This document shows, piece by piece, positions 1 through 11,343 of a stretch of DNA of 64,000 nt (within the stretch, counting starts at the first letter, position 1; every line of letters starts with the position of its first letter). The notes beneath the pieces were generated by a model. The model had not been told where the DNA came from. It ran no database searches and worked only from the letters and a program-made list of their open reading frames with translations. The position numbers were made by a program, and so were the translations under genes. The stretch is from assembly GCA_002104945.1 (NCBI GenBank), contig MCFH01000091.1, positions 1-64,000 of the forward strand. Reading direction: 5' to 3'. Source of the DNA: Piromyces finnis finn. Its lineage: Eukaryota > Fungi > Neocallimastigomycota.

Positions 1-386
1 GATGAGAGAAATACACTCGGAAGTTAAAAAAATTATATCAATAATACATTGGCACATATTCAAATTGAATAGTACTTAATTTGAATTGTCAATTTTATTT
101 TTCTAAAAATAGTTATAGTTTAAATATTATTAATAATTAAGATTTTAATGTAGATTTTAAATAATAATATATAATAAATAAATAATTAGAATATAAAATA
201 AATATATTTAGAAAAAAATATAAACAGAAGATATTTTTCATCATTTTATCGATGTAATTGTTATTAACAATTTTATTACAAAAAATTAATAAAAAAAACT
301 ATTTTTATAAAAATTTATTTTATTCTGTATTTTTATTTCAAAAGATTAGATATCCTAATATATTCGATATTGTGTCTAGCTTTACA
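1..386 (+). repeat. Partial LTR of family C (runs off the window start)
   Basis: Shares blocks (AATACAT.GGCACATATTCAAATT; GAAGATATTTTTCA.CATTTTATCGATGTAATTG; AGATATCCTAAT.TATTC) with 14088-14701 and 18201-18818, and ends ...CTTTACA at 386. Confidence 0.7.
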
Positions 387-1533
387 ATATTGATTTATCG
401 GGATTTATATTTTCACGTGATTATAAAATAAATTGGAATATTAAGTTAATTATTAAATAAAGATATAAAATTTTAACATAATGTAAGTTTTTAAAAATTT
501 AAACAGACATTTCAAAGTGTAAAATATTTATAATTTAACAAAACATATTTAACATAAAATATTTAATCAAGAACAAACTAAATAATTTAAATAATAAATA
601 GAAAAATATTTAATCACTTCATTTTAGATTTAAATTTTAAAAAATTTTTTTTCAAGATTACAATAGTAAAAAAATTAAACAAGCATATATAATAATTTTG
701 ATATAATTTAGATCAATTCTCAGAAAGATGAGACTTATTTGGTAGTAATAGGTTTTAAGAATTCACATTTAATCACATTTTAAGCTTTGAGATATTTCAG
801 GAAGAGATGTATTTCATTAACATATTCACGGAAAACTAGTAACATGGATTTTAAAGAGTAGTTATTAATAAATGTTGATAATTTTTCAAATTGAAGTTTT
901 AACAATATATAAATCTGATTATACCAACTATATAACATCAAAATTAGATAATTTTATTAATATATAAATAGATTTAAAATTGTTAATGCATTCTTTTAAA
1001 AAAATTGGATTTTCAAAAAATTTTAAATTTTTTTTATTTATTGTAAATGTTAAGCATATATAAACTATTTTTAAATTTTATTTTATTAAAGTATATATAT
1101 AGTTGTAATTAGAATAAGAATCTCGTATAAGTATTTTAACATTTAAATTGAATTTATTCAATAAATTAATAATACTTACTAAAAATTTAAAACTTTAATT
1201 TTACATAAAAAAATATTATTATTATTTCTTATCCATATTTATGATAAATGTTTTAAGATAATTTTAATGTCTATAATATTAAATATAACATAGTTTACTT
1301 ATTATTCAAATTTTAATTAAACTCTTTTATATACCATTATTTAATTTTTTATTAATAGTACTTTACAAGTCTTATTTTTATTTATACATATTTAAGGCCA
1401 ATAATTAAAATATTCTATTATTAAATAATATGAATAATGTAAGCATTAAATAATCAAAATGTAAGCTATATTTATACGAAACCATAATATAAAATAATGA
1501 TAACAGTAATGATAGAAATATTATAAAGAGCTA

Positions 1534-2078
1534 TTTTTTTTTAGCTTCCGATTGCATTTCTCTCATCAATCACATTAAGCCTCAATGGTGGCTCTTAGAG
1601 AAATTTTGGCTTTTTCCTATTGCTAGGTAGTTGTGACTCCTCCTGGTTTGTCATACTGAATCTTCAGCTTCGACTCTCACTTAATCCATGTACACTAGAT
1701 ACATATCGTTGTACAATATTCCCAAACATAATGCTAAGCCTCTTATAGGCAACACGATCACGTGACAACATTTCCTAATGTTTACACTTAAATTGATTTA
1801 GGAATGTTGTGTATTTTTGGCATAGCCTAAGTCACCACTAATTAAATTCTAATTTGGAATGTACCATGTAAACTTGAACTTATCATGCCAGCTATACGAG
1901 TGCTAATATCATAGTAGTAAGTTATAAAGTGTATTAATATTTACCTGAATATTATAACCAAACTCATTTCAAAATTTAATAGTTAAAATCCACGTGTACT
2001 GGCATCTTCGGGTTCGAACTATAAGCCTTATATATGCTAAATAGACGCCTTTACAACCAGGATAAAATTGTAATTACA
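1534..2078 (-). mobile_element. tRNA-headed SINE, family S1, older diverged copy
   Basis: Colinear along its full length with 26184-26731. Minus-strand head has B-box AGTTCGAACCC and the tail is A9 (T-run 1534-1542). No clean TSD seen. Confidence 0.75.
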
Positions 2079-3109
2079 TTAAGACCTGAAAATTTATAAA
2101 ATATACTTATTTTTATAAAATAAATTATTTTTAAAGTGTAGGTGTCACGTGATTATTATAAGAGCTTAACTAACACTTTAAATTAGTATATCTTTTTATT
2201 ACTAATAAATACGACCTTAAACAAAGAATAAACTATAAACTAATATAGTTTACCGAATAATTAATATATAATAAAATTTTGTCACGTGATTTGAACATAT
2301 TGTATTCTTATTATTAGAATTGAATAATGTACCGGTTAAAATATATATATTATTACCCAATTTGGATATAAATATAGTTCTATCTAAATATATAAATAAG
2401 GTTTTTACATCATTTTTAGGATTATTTATATTATATAATATTATATTTAAAACTAATTACAAAGATAAATAATAAATTAAATAAATATATCTGGTTTTAA
2501 ATTAAAAATTAAAAATTGATATTTTGTTTTAAAAATTATAAAATACACTAAAATAATATTTAGTAAAGTTATTTTAAATTAATTAGTATTATTTATAATA
2601 ATAAATTATTATTATTAATAATATCAATATCTTCCAACTAGTATTATGAAAAAAAAATAAAATTTTTAAAATATTATGAATTTTAAATTACACTTAAAAA
2701 AAAAAAAGGCATATAATGAAATTGACATGTCTAGTTAATTTTAAACTGGAAATAATATTATCAAAGAAACAAAATGGAGTAGATTAATTTGGTATGCCAT
2801 TTATGAACTCTTATGCTAATTTAATATTTATTACTTATAATATTAATCAGATTACCAATTTTTGAATTAATAAAATACAAAATTAAAATAAAAATAAAAT
2901 TTTTAAAATATTTTTTATTTAACATTTAAAATAAAAATATAAAATATTTATTTCTTTTTTATAAATTATATATTATATTTTATTAGCATTATATTCTAAT
3001 ATATAATTAATTTTTAATTTAAAATATGAATTAAAATCAAATTTATATATATTAATATTTCAGAATTATGTATAAATCCTTTAAATATTAATAATATATT
3101 TTAAATCAG

Positions 3110-3535
3110 TGTAAAGAAATGTGTCTTTAACAATAAAACAAATTATAATATTTACTAAATAACTTAGTAATATTAACACTTTAAAATATTCTGTAAATTA
3201 TTAATTTATAAAAATATCATTAAAAACACATAGAATTTAACTTAATAAGTTAGTGTTTAATAATATAATTATTTATTAATAAAATCTCGATTCTTTAAAA
3301 TATTTGGGAAAATTCACTCGTATTTATACTAAAAATTTTTTAAATTAATTTATAAAATTTTTTCAACTTAAAATTCTTAACCAATCAATAATCTTCATAT
3401 AAAATTTAAAAATAAAATAAAATAAAATAATTTTTTTAAAATAGTATCTATGAGGTCTCGAACTAGTGTCATTCAGACTCAAAGTCTTAGCTACTAACCA
3501 CTAAGACAATTTAGTTATTTCTAGTATTCATTACA
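3110..3535 (-). repeat. 3' LTR of element A
   Basis: Direct repeat of 9185-9610 at constant offset 6075; TGTAAAG...CATTACA termini. Confidence 0.95.
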
Positions 3536-3547
3536 TGGTCCTCCTCC
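3536..3547 (-). other. Polypurine tract of element A
   Basis: GGAGGAGGACCA on the minus strand directly abutting the 3' LTR. Confidence 0.75.
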
Positions 3548-3851
3548 AGGATTCGGATACCAGACGAATCTAGAATTTTAATATTTAAATATATGTTTTT
3601 CTTTTTTAATAAACTAAACTAAGGAGTGAATTTTCTTAATTATAAAAATACATTTAATATAATAAAATACATTTTTTTTTTTTTTTTTTTAATATTACTA
3701 AAGTTAAAAATAAAATATTGATAAATTTGATATTAATAAATTGTTTAATAATAAAATTGATATTGATAATGATATTAATAAGTTTTGATAATAATAATAA
3801 TTGTGATTTTAATATTAATAATAAATATAATTTGAATTTTTTAACTATTTT

Positions 3852-6800
3852 TTATTTCTTTCTATTAAATTTTTTAAGTAGCCCCTTGCAATTTAGATTT
3901 TCTTCAGGCTCCCACGAAGCTTCATTGATTGAATACCCTTTCCATTTAATCAGGTATTGTATTTTTCCGTAATGTCTTCTTTTATCCAGAATTTCTTCAA
4001 CTTCGTATTCTTCTTCATTGTCAACGGTAATAGGTGGCGGTGGTGGTTGAGATCTTCCAAATTTATCTTCGACATATTTCTCGAGATTGGATACATGAAT
4101 AACTGGATGAATCTTAATAGATTTTGGGAGACTTAATTTAAATGTAACATTTGATATTTTTTCCAAGATTTTGTATGGGCCGAGTTTTCTTGGCTTAAAT
4201 TTTTTATTTCCTTTGTGGATAATTAAAGAACTATCCAGCCAAACTTTGTCACCAACTTTAAAATTCGGAGCTTCTTTTCTACGTTTGTCAGCATGCTTCT
4301 TCTGGGTTTCCATGGCAGATTTTAAATTTTCTTTTAAGGTATTAATTAAAGTTTTAAAATCTCTTGTAAACTCTTCTGCTCTTGGGACTTTAGATAAGTC
4401 TGGAATAACTGGTGAATATTTTGGATGAAAGCCGTAATTCAAAAAGAATGGAGAAAATTTGGATGATTCTTGGACCACGTTGTTATAACTAAATTCTGCA
4501 AGACTAAGAAAACTTTTCCAATTTGAACCTTTATAATTTGAGAAACATCTTAAATATTGTTCTATAACGGAGTTCACCCTCTCCGTCTGACCGTTTGATT
4601 GATGATGAAATGGAGTAGACAACTTAAGTTCAATGCCAAGGGAGGAACAGATGGATTGGAAGAATTTAGAGGTAAATTGAGAACCTCTATCCGAGACAAT
4701 AGATTCAGGTAGGCCATGAAGACGGAAAATATTATCAATAAAGGCTGTGGCTGTTTCTGCGGCGGAAGGAATACTTTTGAACGGAATGAGATGAACCATT
4801 TTTGTAAGACGATCAACAACAACAAGAATGCAAGTGAAACCAGAAGATGAAGGCAAATCTGTAATGAAATCCATTGAAATGGATGACCAAGGACGCTCAG
4901 CAATATCAAGAGGATTCAGAAGACCATAAGGTTTATGACGAAAGGTTTTTGAACGACAACAAACTTCACAAGAACGAACGTAGTCTTTAACATCAGAAGA
5001 AATAGAAGGCCACCAGAAGTCTCTAGCAATAAGAGAAGATGTTTTCTTTATTCCGAAATGACCAGCTGAAGGAGAGTCGTGACAGAGTTTAAGAATTGAA
5101 AGACGACAATTTGGAGGAACATAGATTCTGTCAGTAAAAAGGAGAAAACTATTGCTTAAGGAAAATTTGTCAATTTGAGGGTGAGGTATTGGAGGTTTCC
5201 TACAATCAAGATATTCACAGATTTTATTGTAAAAGTCATCATTTATATATTCGGAAAGAAAAGAATCACTAATGGACGAAACAGAAGTCACAATGGCACA
5301 AAAGTTTTCAGGGCGAAGAACATTAAAAGGAACATCAGAAGAGGAATTCGAATTGATAGCATAATCAGGACGACGAGATAGAGCATCAGGCTTACCGTTA
5401 GAAGAACCAGAACGATAAATAATAACAAAGTTAAATTCAGAGAGAAACAAAGCCCAGCGAACAAGACGTTGAGACATTTTTTCAGGTTTCTTTTGATAGA
5501 GTAAATTTCGATGATCCGAGTAAATCTTAAAAGTAGAAGAAGAGCCTTTAAGTAGATGACGCCATGTTTCAAGAGCAGCAACGATAGCTAAGAGCTCTTT
5601 ATCATATATTGGATAATTACGTTCAGGACCAGTAAGAGAGCGAGAAAAGAAAGCAACTGGATGGGTCATATTATCAATTGGAGAGACTTGCGAGAGAATA
5701 GCACCAATGGCAAAGTTACTTGAATCAGTTTCGACTATGAATGGAAGTTCACGATTAGGAAATATAAGAACAGGAGCAGAAACAAATAAGGACTTGAGTG
5801 AATCGAAAGCATCTTGAGCTTCTTTAGACCATACAAATTTAATATTTTTCTTCAAAAGTTTATGCAAAGGATGAGCGATCTTTGCAAAATTTGGAATAAA
5901 TCGACGGTAGTAGTTCGCAAGACCAAGAAAAGATTGAACCTCTTTAACATTAGATGGAGTAGGCCAGTTTAAAATAGAAGAAACTTTATTTGGGTCCATG
6001 TGAATACCATCAGTAGAAATCCTATGACCAAGGAAATCAATAAAAGAAACAAAAAACTCGCATTTTTCCAATTTAGCATAGAGCCCAGCATCCCTCAGGA
6101 GTTTCAAAACAGTTTTGACATGAGAAATATGAGATTTATAATCAGAGGAAAAAATAATAATATCATCTATGTAAGAGAAAGCGAATTTACCAAGAACGTC
6201 TTCAAGAACATCATTAATGAAATGTTGAAAAACAGCAGGTGCATTTTTCAACCCAAAAGGCATCACACAGTATTCAAAATGACCTAACTTGCAAGTAAAA
6301 GCGGTTTTATATTCATCACCACTTTTAATCCTGACCAAGTTATAGGCAGAACGAAGATCCAATTTTGAGAAAATCTTCCCTTTTCCAAGATGTTCAAGCA
6401 TATCTTGTATAAGAGGAAGGGGATAAGAATCACGAATAGTTATGGAGTTTAATTGGCGATAGTCAACACACATACGAAGTTGACCGTTTTTCTTAGGTAC
6501 AAACAGAATAGGAGCTCCCGCAGGCGATTTTGATTTTCTAATAAATCCTTTCTTGAGATTTTCTTTTATATATTCTTCTAAAGCAATTGATTCGGTTTCT
6601 GTTAGAGGATAAATCGGTCCATAAAACAGTTTTGAATTTTCTTTGAGTTTTATTTCACAATCGTATGGACGGTGTGGAGGAAGTTTTTCAGCATTAGATT
6701 CATTGAAGACATCAGCAAAGTCAGAGAGAACATCCGGAAGTATAATAGAAGAATTGGGTTCTGATTTAGAGTTTGAATCGGATTTGAGAATAGAATTGGA

Positions 6801-8294
6801 ATGAATATTAGAATCAGAAAAAGAAGTCAAAACAGAAGTTGGTTCTTGATTTGAGAGAGACGAAGTAGAAAAGTTAACAGAAGACTTCTTTGAAACAGAA
6901 TTGTTAATATTTTTTGAAGAACCCGAACAGAGAATAGTACAAGTACGATTAGTTTCGTTTTGAGATTGGATGTTTTGTTTATCGACAAATATAGGGTAAG
7001 CGAATGAATCATGCGGAGGTTCGTAGGAAGGATCTTCCATTGCAGGAAAAGCAGATCTTTCTTCAGGAAATTCAGAGACATTATTGGAGAGTGTTATACA
7101 ACGATTATAACAGTAATCGGATACAAATGAAATTTTGTTCTTTGTGAAATCGATAGAAGGATTGTGTTCTTTAAGCCAGTCTATTCCAAGAATACAAGGA
7201 TAATAAGGTAGATCAGTTACATAGAATTGTGTTCGACAGAGATGATCTTTGTAGCGAAGATTCAAAGGAGATGTAATTCCAAAAAGAGATTGTCGACCAC
7301 CGATACCAACGATATTTGGGAGGTTACCGTCATCATGATAAGGAATGTTATTATCGTTACAGTAATCTACATCAATTAAATTAAGTTTGGATCCTGAGTC
7401 AATAAGAATATCCGTATTTAGTTCATAAGAAAGTTTAAATTTAGTTGTCATTTTATTATGAGTTTTGTTTTCTTCTTTAGGAGCGGATATAAGTGTGGGA
7501 ATAGATATTAGTGAAGGATTTTCACGATCTTTATTCTTTCTTTTTGGACAATTATTAAGCTTATGACTTGAAGCACCACAATACACACAAAGATTTTCTT
7601 TCTTTCTTCTTTCCTTTTCTTCGTTTGAGATAGGGCCATGGTTATTCCTGTTTGTAATGGACTTTGTTATTTTTGAAAAGTGATGAAAAGATCTTTTCTT
7701 TCGGTTTTGGTCATTGTTTGAACCAGAAGGGAAAAAGGTATGATGTGTAGATAATCTTGAATCGATTCTTGAAGCAATAGTCTGTAATGAAAGAAGATCC
7801 CTAGGACCCGGAAACATTTCCAAAATACGAACTGCAACTTGTTGATTAAGGCCAGCTATAAATGCATCCATTTTGGCTTGTTCATTCCAGTTTGATTCAT
7901 CAGCATAGCGGTTAAATTCCAAGATATAGCCTCTAATTCCTCCTAATCGGCGTTGTTTTAAGGTTCTAAGCATTTGATTTGCAACATAGGTAGCATCGTT
8001 ATAACCATAAAAAGCCTTAAACCTGTCAACAAAAGCTTGGTAGTTATTAAGACACGGATCATGGTTGTTTATAAGAGTAGCAGCCCAGTTCATAGCGTCC
8101 CCATAAAGTCTTGATATTATATAGAGAATTTTGGTTGCGTCGTCTTGATACCGTTCAGGATATAGCATAAACACTAGCTCCACCTTAGCTAAGAAACCCT
8201 TCAGATATCTGCGATCCCCTGCAAAACCATCCTTAAGAGTTGCGTTTTCGAAAATATTATTATTATCCATGTGGTTGTTTTCGTTCTCTTCCAT
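3852..8294 (-). CDS. Single-ORF Gag-Pol polyprotein: Gag/CCHC knuckle, aspartic protease, RT, RNase H, integrase, chromodomain
   Basis: Motifs in Gypsy order: [61 protein letters not shown]...CEVC, ISMDF/VSDRG/QTERVN, GPY, and C-terminal [28 protein letters not shown]. Confidence 0.97.
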   Translation of the reverse strand: MEENENNHMDNNNIFENATLKDGFAGDRRYLKGFLAKVELVFMLYPERYQDDATKILYIISRLYGDAMNWAATLINNHDPCLNNYQAFVDRFKAFYGYNDATYVANQMLRTLKQRRLGGIRGYILEFNRYADESNWNEQAKMDAFIAGLNQQVAVRILEMFPGPRDLLSLQTIASRIDSRLSTHHTFFPSGSNNDQNRKKRSFHHFSKITKSITNRNNHGPISNEEKERRKKENLCVYCGASSHKLNNCPKRKNKDRENPSLISIPTLISAPKEENKTHNKMTTKFKLSYELNTDILIDSGSKLNLIDVDYCNDNNIPYHDDGNLPNIVGIGGRQSLFGITSPLNLRYKDHLCRTQFYVTDLPYYPCILGIDWLKEHNPSIDFTKNKISFVSDYCYNRCITLSNNVSEFPEERSAFPAMEDPSYEPPHDSFAYPIFVDKQNIQSQNETNRTCTILCSGSSKNINNSVSKKSSVNFSTSSLSNQEPTSVLTSFSDSNIHSNSILKSDSNSKSEPNSSIILPDVLSDFADVFNESNAEKLPPHRPYDCEIKLKENSKLFYGPIYPLTETESIALEEYIKENLKKGFIRKSKSPAGAPILFVPKKNGQLRMCVDYRQLNSITIRDSYPLPLIQDMLEHLGKGKIFSKLDLRSAYNLVRIKSGDEYKTAFTCKLGHFEYCVMPFGLKNAPAVFQHFINDVLEDVLGKFAFSYIDDIIIFSSDYKSHISHVKTVLKLLRDAGLYAKLEKCEFFVSFIDFLGHRISTDGIHMDPNKVSSILNWPTPSNVKEVQSFLGLANYYRRFIPNFAKIAHPLHKLLKKNIKFVWSKEAQDAFDSLKSLFVSAPVLIFPNRELPFIVETDSSNFAIGAILSQVSPIDNMTHPVAFFSRSLTGPERNYPIYDKELLAIVAALETWRHLLKGSSSTFKIYSDHRNLLYQKKPEKMSQRLVRWALFLSEFNFVIIYRSGSSNGKPDALSRRPDYAINSNSSSDVPFNVLRPENFCAIVTSVSSISDSFLSEYINDDFYNKICEYLDCRKPPIPHPQIDKFSLSNSFLLFTDRIYVPPNCRLSILKLCHDSPSAGHFGIKKTSSLIARDFWWPSISSDVKDYVRSCEVCCRSKTFRHKPYGLLNPLDIAERPWSSISMDFITDLPSSSGFTCILVVVDRLTKMVHLIPFKSIPSAAETATAFIDNIFRLHGLPESIVSDRGSQFTSKFFQSICSSLGIELKLSTPFHHQSNGQTERVNSVIEQYLRCFSNYKGSNWKSFLSLAEFSYNNVVQESSKFSPFFLNYGFHPKYSPVIPDLSKVPRAEEFTRDFKTLINTLKENLKSAMETQKKHADKRRKEAPNFKVGDKVWLDSSLIIHKGNKKFKPRKLGPYKILEKISNVTFKLSLPKSIKIHPVIHVSNLEKYVEDKFGRSQPPPPPITVDNEEEYEVEEILDKRRHYGKIQYLIKWKGYSINEASWEPEENLNCKGLLKKFNRKK

Positions 8295-9174
8295 AGTACT
8301 TATGATGTTTTCTTTAATAAGCTTTAATAAATTTGTAAAAATAATAGAATAAAGTATTTAATTATATTTATTAATTGAGTAAATCTTTTTATTAAATAAT
8401 AATATAAACCAGATTATATAGTGTTAAACCATCAAATATATAACCTGTTTTATTCTTTATAATAAGTCCTTCGTAGCTCTTCACGATAACACGTATAAAG
8501 TCGATTGTTAATATTAATTAAATTAATAAAAGAAAGGAACGGTGTAAAAATTTTTTTTTTTAGTGTCTAACTTATTGTTAGCAATAAAAATTATTACAGG
8601 TTTTCTTTCCCTATATCAACCTTATCCGAACGTAGAAGTATTATGTATAAGAGTTTAACTTCTCACGCTAAAGGAGTTATAAAGAATATTATTTTATATT
8701 ATTACAATTTTAATAAATTGTCTTAACAATTAATAATTATAATTAAAAATTAGAAATTGTTTTATTAGAAAACTTAATTTTAAAATGTATTAAGAAATAT
8801 TATTTTATTAAAGTAAGGCATTTCCGGCTATTTTCCGGTCTATAATCAAACAGCAAAAGATAGTATACAACTATAAATCTCACGCCAGCTTGCTTATTAC
8901 AGCGTCTTGTACGTGATGTACCTCGGATTCTCCTACTTCCTTATTCAAAGTAGAATAGCTCAGAGCCTGCCAACCCAATTATTGTACAGGTTAAACTCGA
9001 TCCCGTTAATCTTTTACTTTTTATAGTTTGAATTATATACCGCTTCTAAAGCGTACTAATTCTACTACTTTAAGTAAAAATATTTCTTTAAAGAAAAGCT
9101 TCAACAATAAAACTTAAAAGTTTTATCTATAACAATTTCTTAAACACTAAGGTATTAAGCTTTTATATTATAAG

Positions 9175-9184
9175 GAGATTTTAT
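9175..9184 (-). other. Self-priming (Tf1-type) primer-binding site of element A
   Basis: ATAAAATCTC follows the 5' LTR directly with no TGG tRNA-type PBS. Its exact complement lies in the LTR at 9354-9363, with TATAAATA (9396-9403, minus) about 33 nt upstream. Confidence 0.7.
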
Positions 9185-9610
9185 TGTAAAGAAATGTGTC
9201 TTTAACAATAAAACAAATTATAATATTTACTAAATAACTTAGTAATATTAACACTTTAAAATATTCTGTAAATTATTAATTTATAAAAATATCATTAAAA
9301 ACACATAGAATTTAACTTAATAAGTTAGTGTTTAATAATATAATTATTTATTAATAAAATCTCGATTCTTTAAAATATTTGGGAAAATTCACTCGTATTT
9401 ATACTAAAAATTTTTTAAATTAATTTATAAAATTTTTTCAACTTAAAATTCTTAACCAATCAATAATCTTCATATAAAATTTAAAAATAAAATAAAATAA
9501 AATAATTTTTTTAAAATAGTATCTATGAGGTCTCGAACTAGTGTCATTCAGACTCAAAGTCTTAGCTACTAACCACTAAGACAATTTAGTTATTTCTAGT
9601 ATTCATTACA
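9185..9610 (-). repeat. 5' LTR of element A
   Basis: Direct repeat of 3110-3535, followed by TSD ATCAG. Confidence 0.95.
9519..9590 (-). promoter_or_regulatory. tRNA-Gln(TTG)-like Pol III A/B-box head in U3 of LTR A (second copy 3444-3515)
   Basis: TGTCTTAGTGG (A-box-like, 9573-9583) and AGTTCGAGACC (B-box, 9529-9539) at canonical tRNA spacing (T8 to G53 = 45 nt). CT-TTG-AG loop at the anticodon position and a downstream TTTT. Confidence 0.6.
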
Positions 9611-9979
9611 ATCAGTGCTAATTATGCATAGAACTCTTATTTGATTAATTGAGAATGAAACAGATATGTTAGTTAAGTAAGCAATATTTTACATAAATAA
9701 AATAATATTATATTCAACTTCTAAATTTTTATTATAAACATGAAGTAGTTGAAATATATATCTTCCACTTTAAATTAACCTCAAAAAACTACAAAAAAAA
9801 TTCCCGATAATAAAAGTATATGTAAAGTTATCAATATATCAATATTAAACTATATTTCATGATATCTTTAATATAATTTAAGCTAAGAATTGCCCATTTT
9901 AGTATACTAAAATGGTCATAGTTTAAATTATTTTATTAATAATTAATATTTTAGCATAGGTTTTTAATAATAATATATA

Positions 9980-10380
9980 TGTAAAGCTAAATACAAAATT
10001 GAATAACTTAAGATATGCCTAATCTATTACAATAACAACACAGTATAAAATATGTTTTTATAAAAATAATTTTTTATTAATTTATTGTAATAAAATTTTT
10101 AATAACAACTACATCGATCAAATGATGAATAATATCTTCTATTTATATTTTTACTAAATACATTTATATTATCTATATATTTCTATTAAAAAACAATACT
10201 AAAACTAGGGATTTAAATTGAGAAATTTAATTTATTTGCTAAATATTTAAAATAAATTAATAATTTACTTTGGTTTAAACTTTAATGCTTAATAAATAAA
10301 TTATGTCCCTTTTTTTTCTGTAATATAATTCATGTAACTAAAACAATAATTAAATACGACCATCTACTATAATTATCTTT
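9980..10380 (-). repeat. Degenerate family C LTR copy, inverted
   Basis: Reverse complement matches family C blocks (TGTAAAGCTA.. start, CATCGAT..AATGATGAA.AATATCTTCTATTTATATTTTT). Right boundary approximate. Confidence 0.6.
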
Positions 10381-10809
10381 CTTATATTATAGATAAAGGA
10401 ATATTTTTTGTTTAAAAGATAAAAGCCTTTTAATTAAGAATTTCTCTTTTTAAATTGTAACGAGATATTATAATAATAAAAACATAAGGATACAAATAGG
10501 TTTTATTAATAACTTTATTTAATAAATTTTATTATCATAATAGTACGGCTAACTTGTTAAGTAAGTGTATTATCATATTAATAAAATAAACAGAAAAACT
10601 AAAAATTTATTAATAACTAATTTCTATTAACAAAATTACTAAAGTGTCAAAATCACAATTCATGAAATTTGACATTTCATGAAATTTCATAATTTTGAAT
10701 TATTAGTTAAATTAATTAAAATATTAATTTAATAATATTTTACTAATAATAGTTTATTTAATATAAATATTAATTGGAAAGCTATTTATTATCCGGCGGA
10801 GATAAATAG

Positions 10810-11330
10810 TGTAACAATTAATTAATATTAAACAAACCAATTAGTAAAATAAGATTCATTTAAATAATTATTAATATTATTTTTAACAACTTATTAATAT
10901 CGATATTTAAAGAAAATTATATTATTATTATTATTATATTTTATTAATATTTATATTTATATTATTATACATGTATAACTTAAATTATATTATTATTATA
11001 CTTTATTAATATCAACATTATATTAAAAATGAAAGTATAAATAAGTTGAACAAAGAACAACTTTAAGAAGTTCTTTGTGAGATTATTATACTCATTTTTA
11101 TATAGTAAATTCAATATTTAAAATTAATAATTATCATTTATTTATATTATAAAAATTAAATAAAATATTTCTTAAAAAACTATATTTATTACTCTTTTAT
11201 TTATAAAAATTTATTATTTACTATATAATTAAGCCTATCCTAACCTAGTAGACTTAATTATAGTTCTAAATCCACTCTAACTCTTGACATAAAGGATTTA
11301 ATTGATCTAATGTTTTCTCCTTTTATACAT
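10810..11330. repeat. LTR-like fragment distantly related to element D
   Basis: Starts TGTAACAATTAATT (D starts TGTAAGAATTAAT). Shares AACAAAGAA...TTCTTTGT.AGATTATTA with 27378-27425. End and TSD unresolved. Confidence 0.35.
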
Positions 11331-11343
11331 TAATGTAACGGGT

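Larger units (their letters stand above)
3110..9610 (-). mobile_element. Full-length Ty3/Gypsy chromovirus LTR retrotransposon (element A), apparently intact
   Basis: LTRs 3110-3535 and 9185-9610 (426 bp each, TG..CA, no difference seen by eye). 5-bp TSD ATCAG at 3105-3109 and 9611-9615. Polypurine tract (PPT) GGAGGAGGACCA at 3536-3547. One uninterrupted 1480-aa ORF. Confidence 0.97.

Noticed and set aside
1534-2078. GC-richer block that first looked like an rRNA or snRNA fragment
   Set aside because: No recognisable rRNA or U1 body. It has a tRNA-like head and poly(A) tail, and its paralog has a TSD, so it is a SINE; only 11 nt relate to U1, as the complement.
2144-2290. CDEI-like motif suggesting a point centromere
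   Set aside because: No CDEIII-like element, and point centromeres are a Saccharomycetaceae feature.
3718-7081. Short ORFs at 3718, 4171, 4574, 5175, 5288, 6000 and 6827
   Set aside because: Antisense or off-frame shadows of the gag-pol ORF, or low-complexity AT sequence.
10782-10809. Hairpin CTATTTAT..TCCGGCGGA.ATAAATAG as a Helitron 3' end
   Set aside because: No following CTRR terminus and no 5' TC partner; it directly precedes an LTR-like TGTAAC start.
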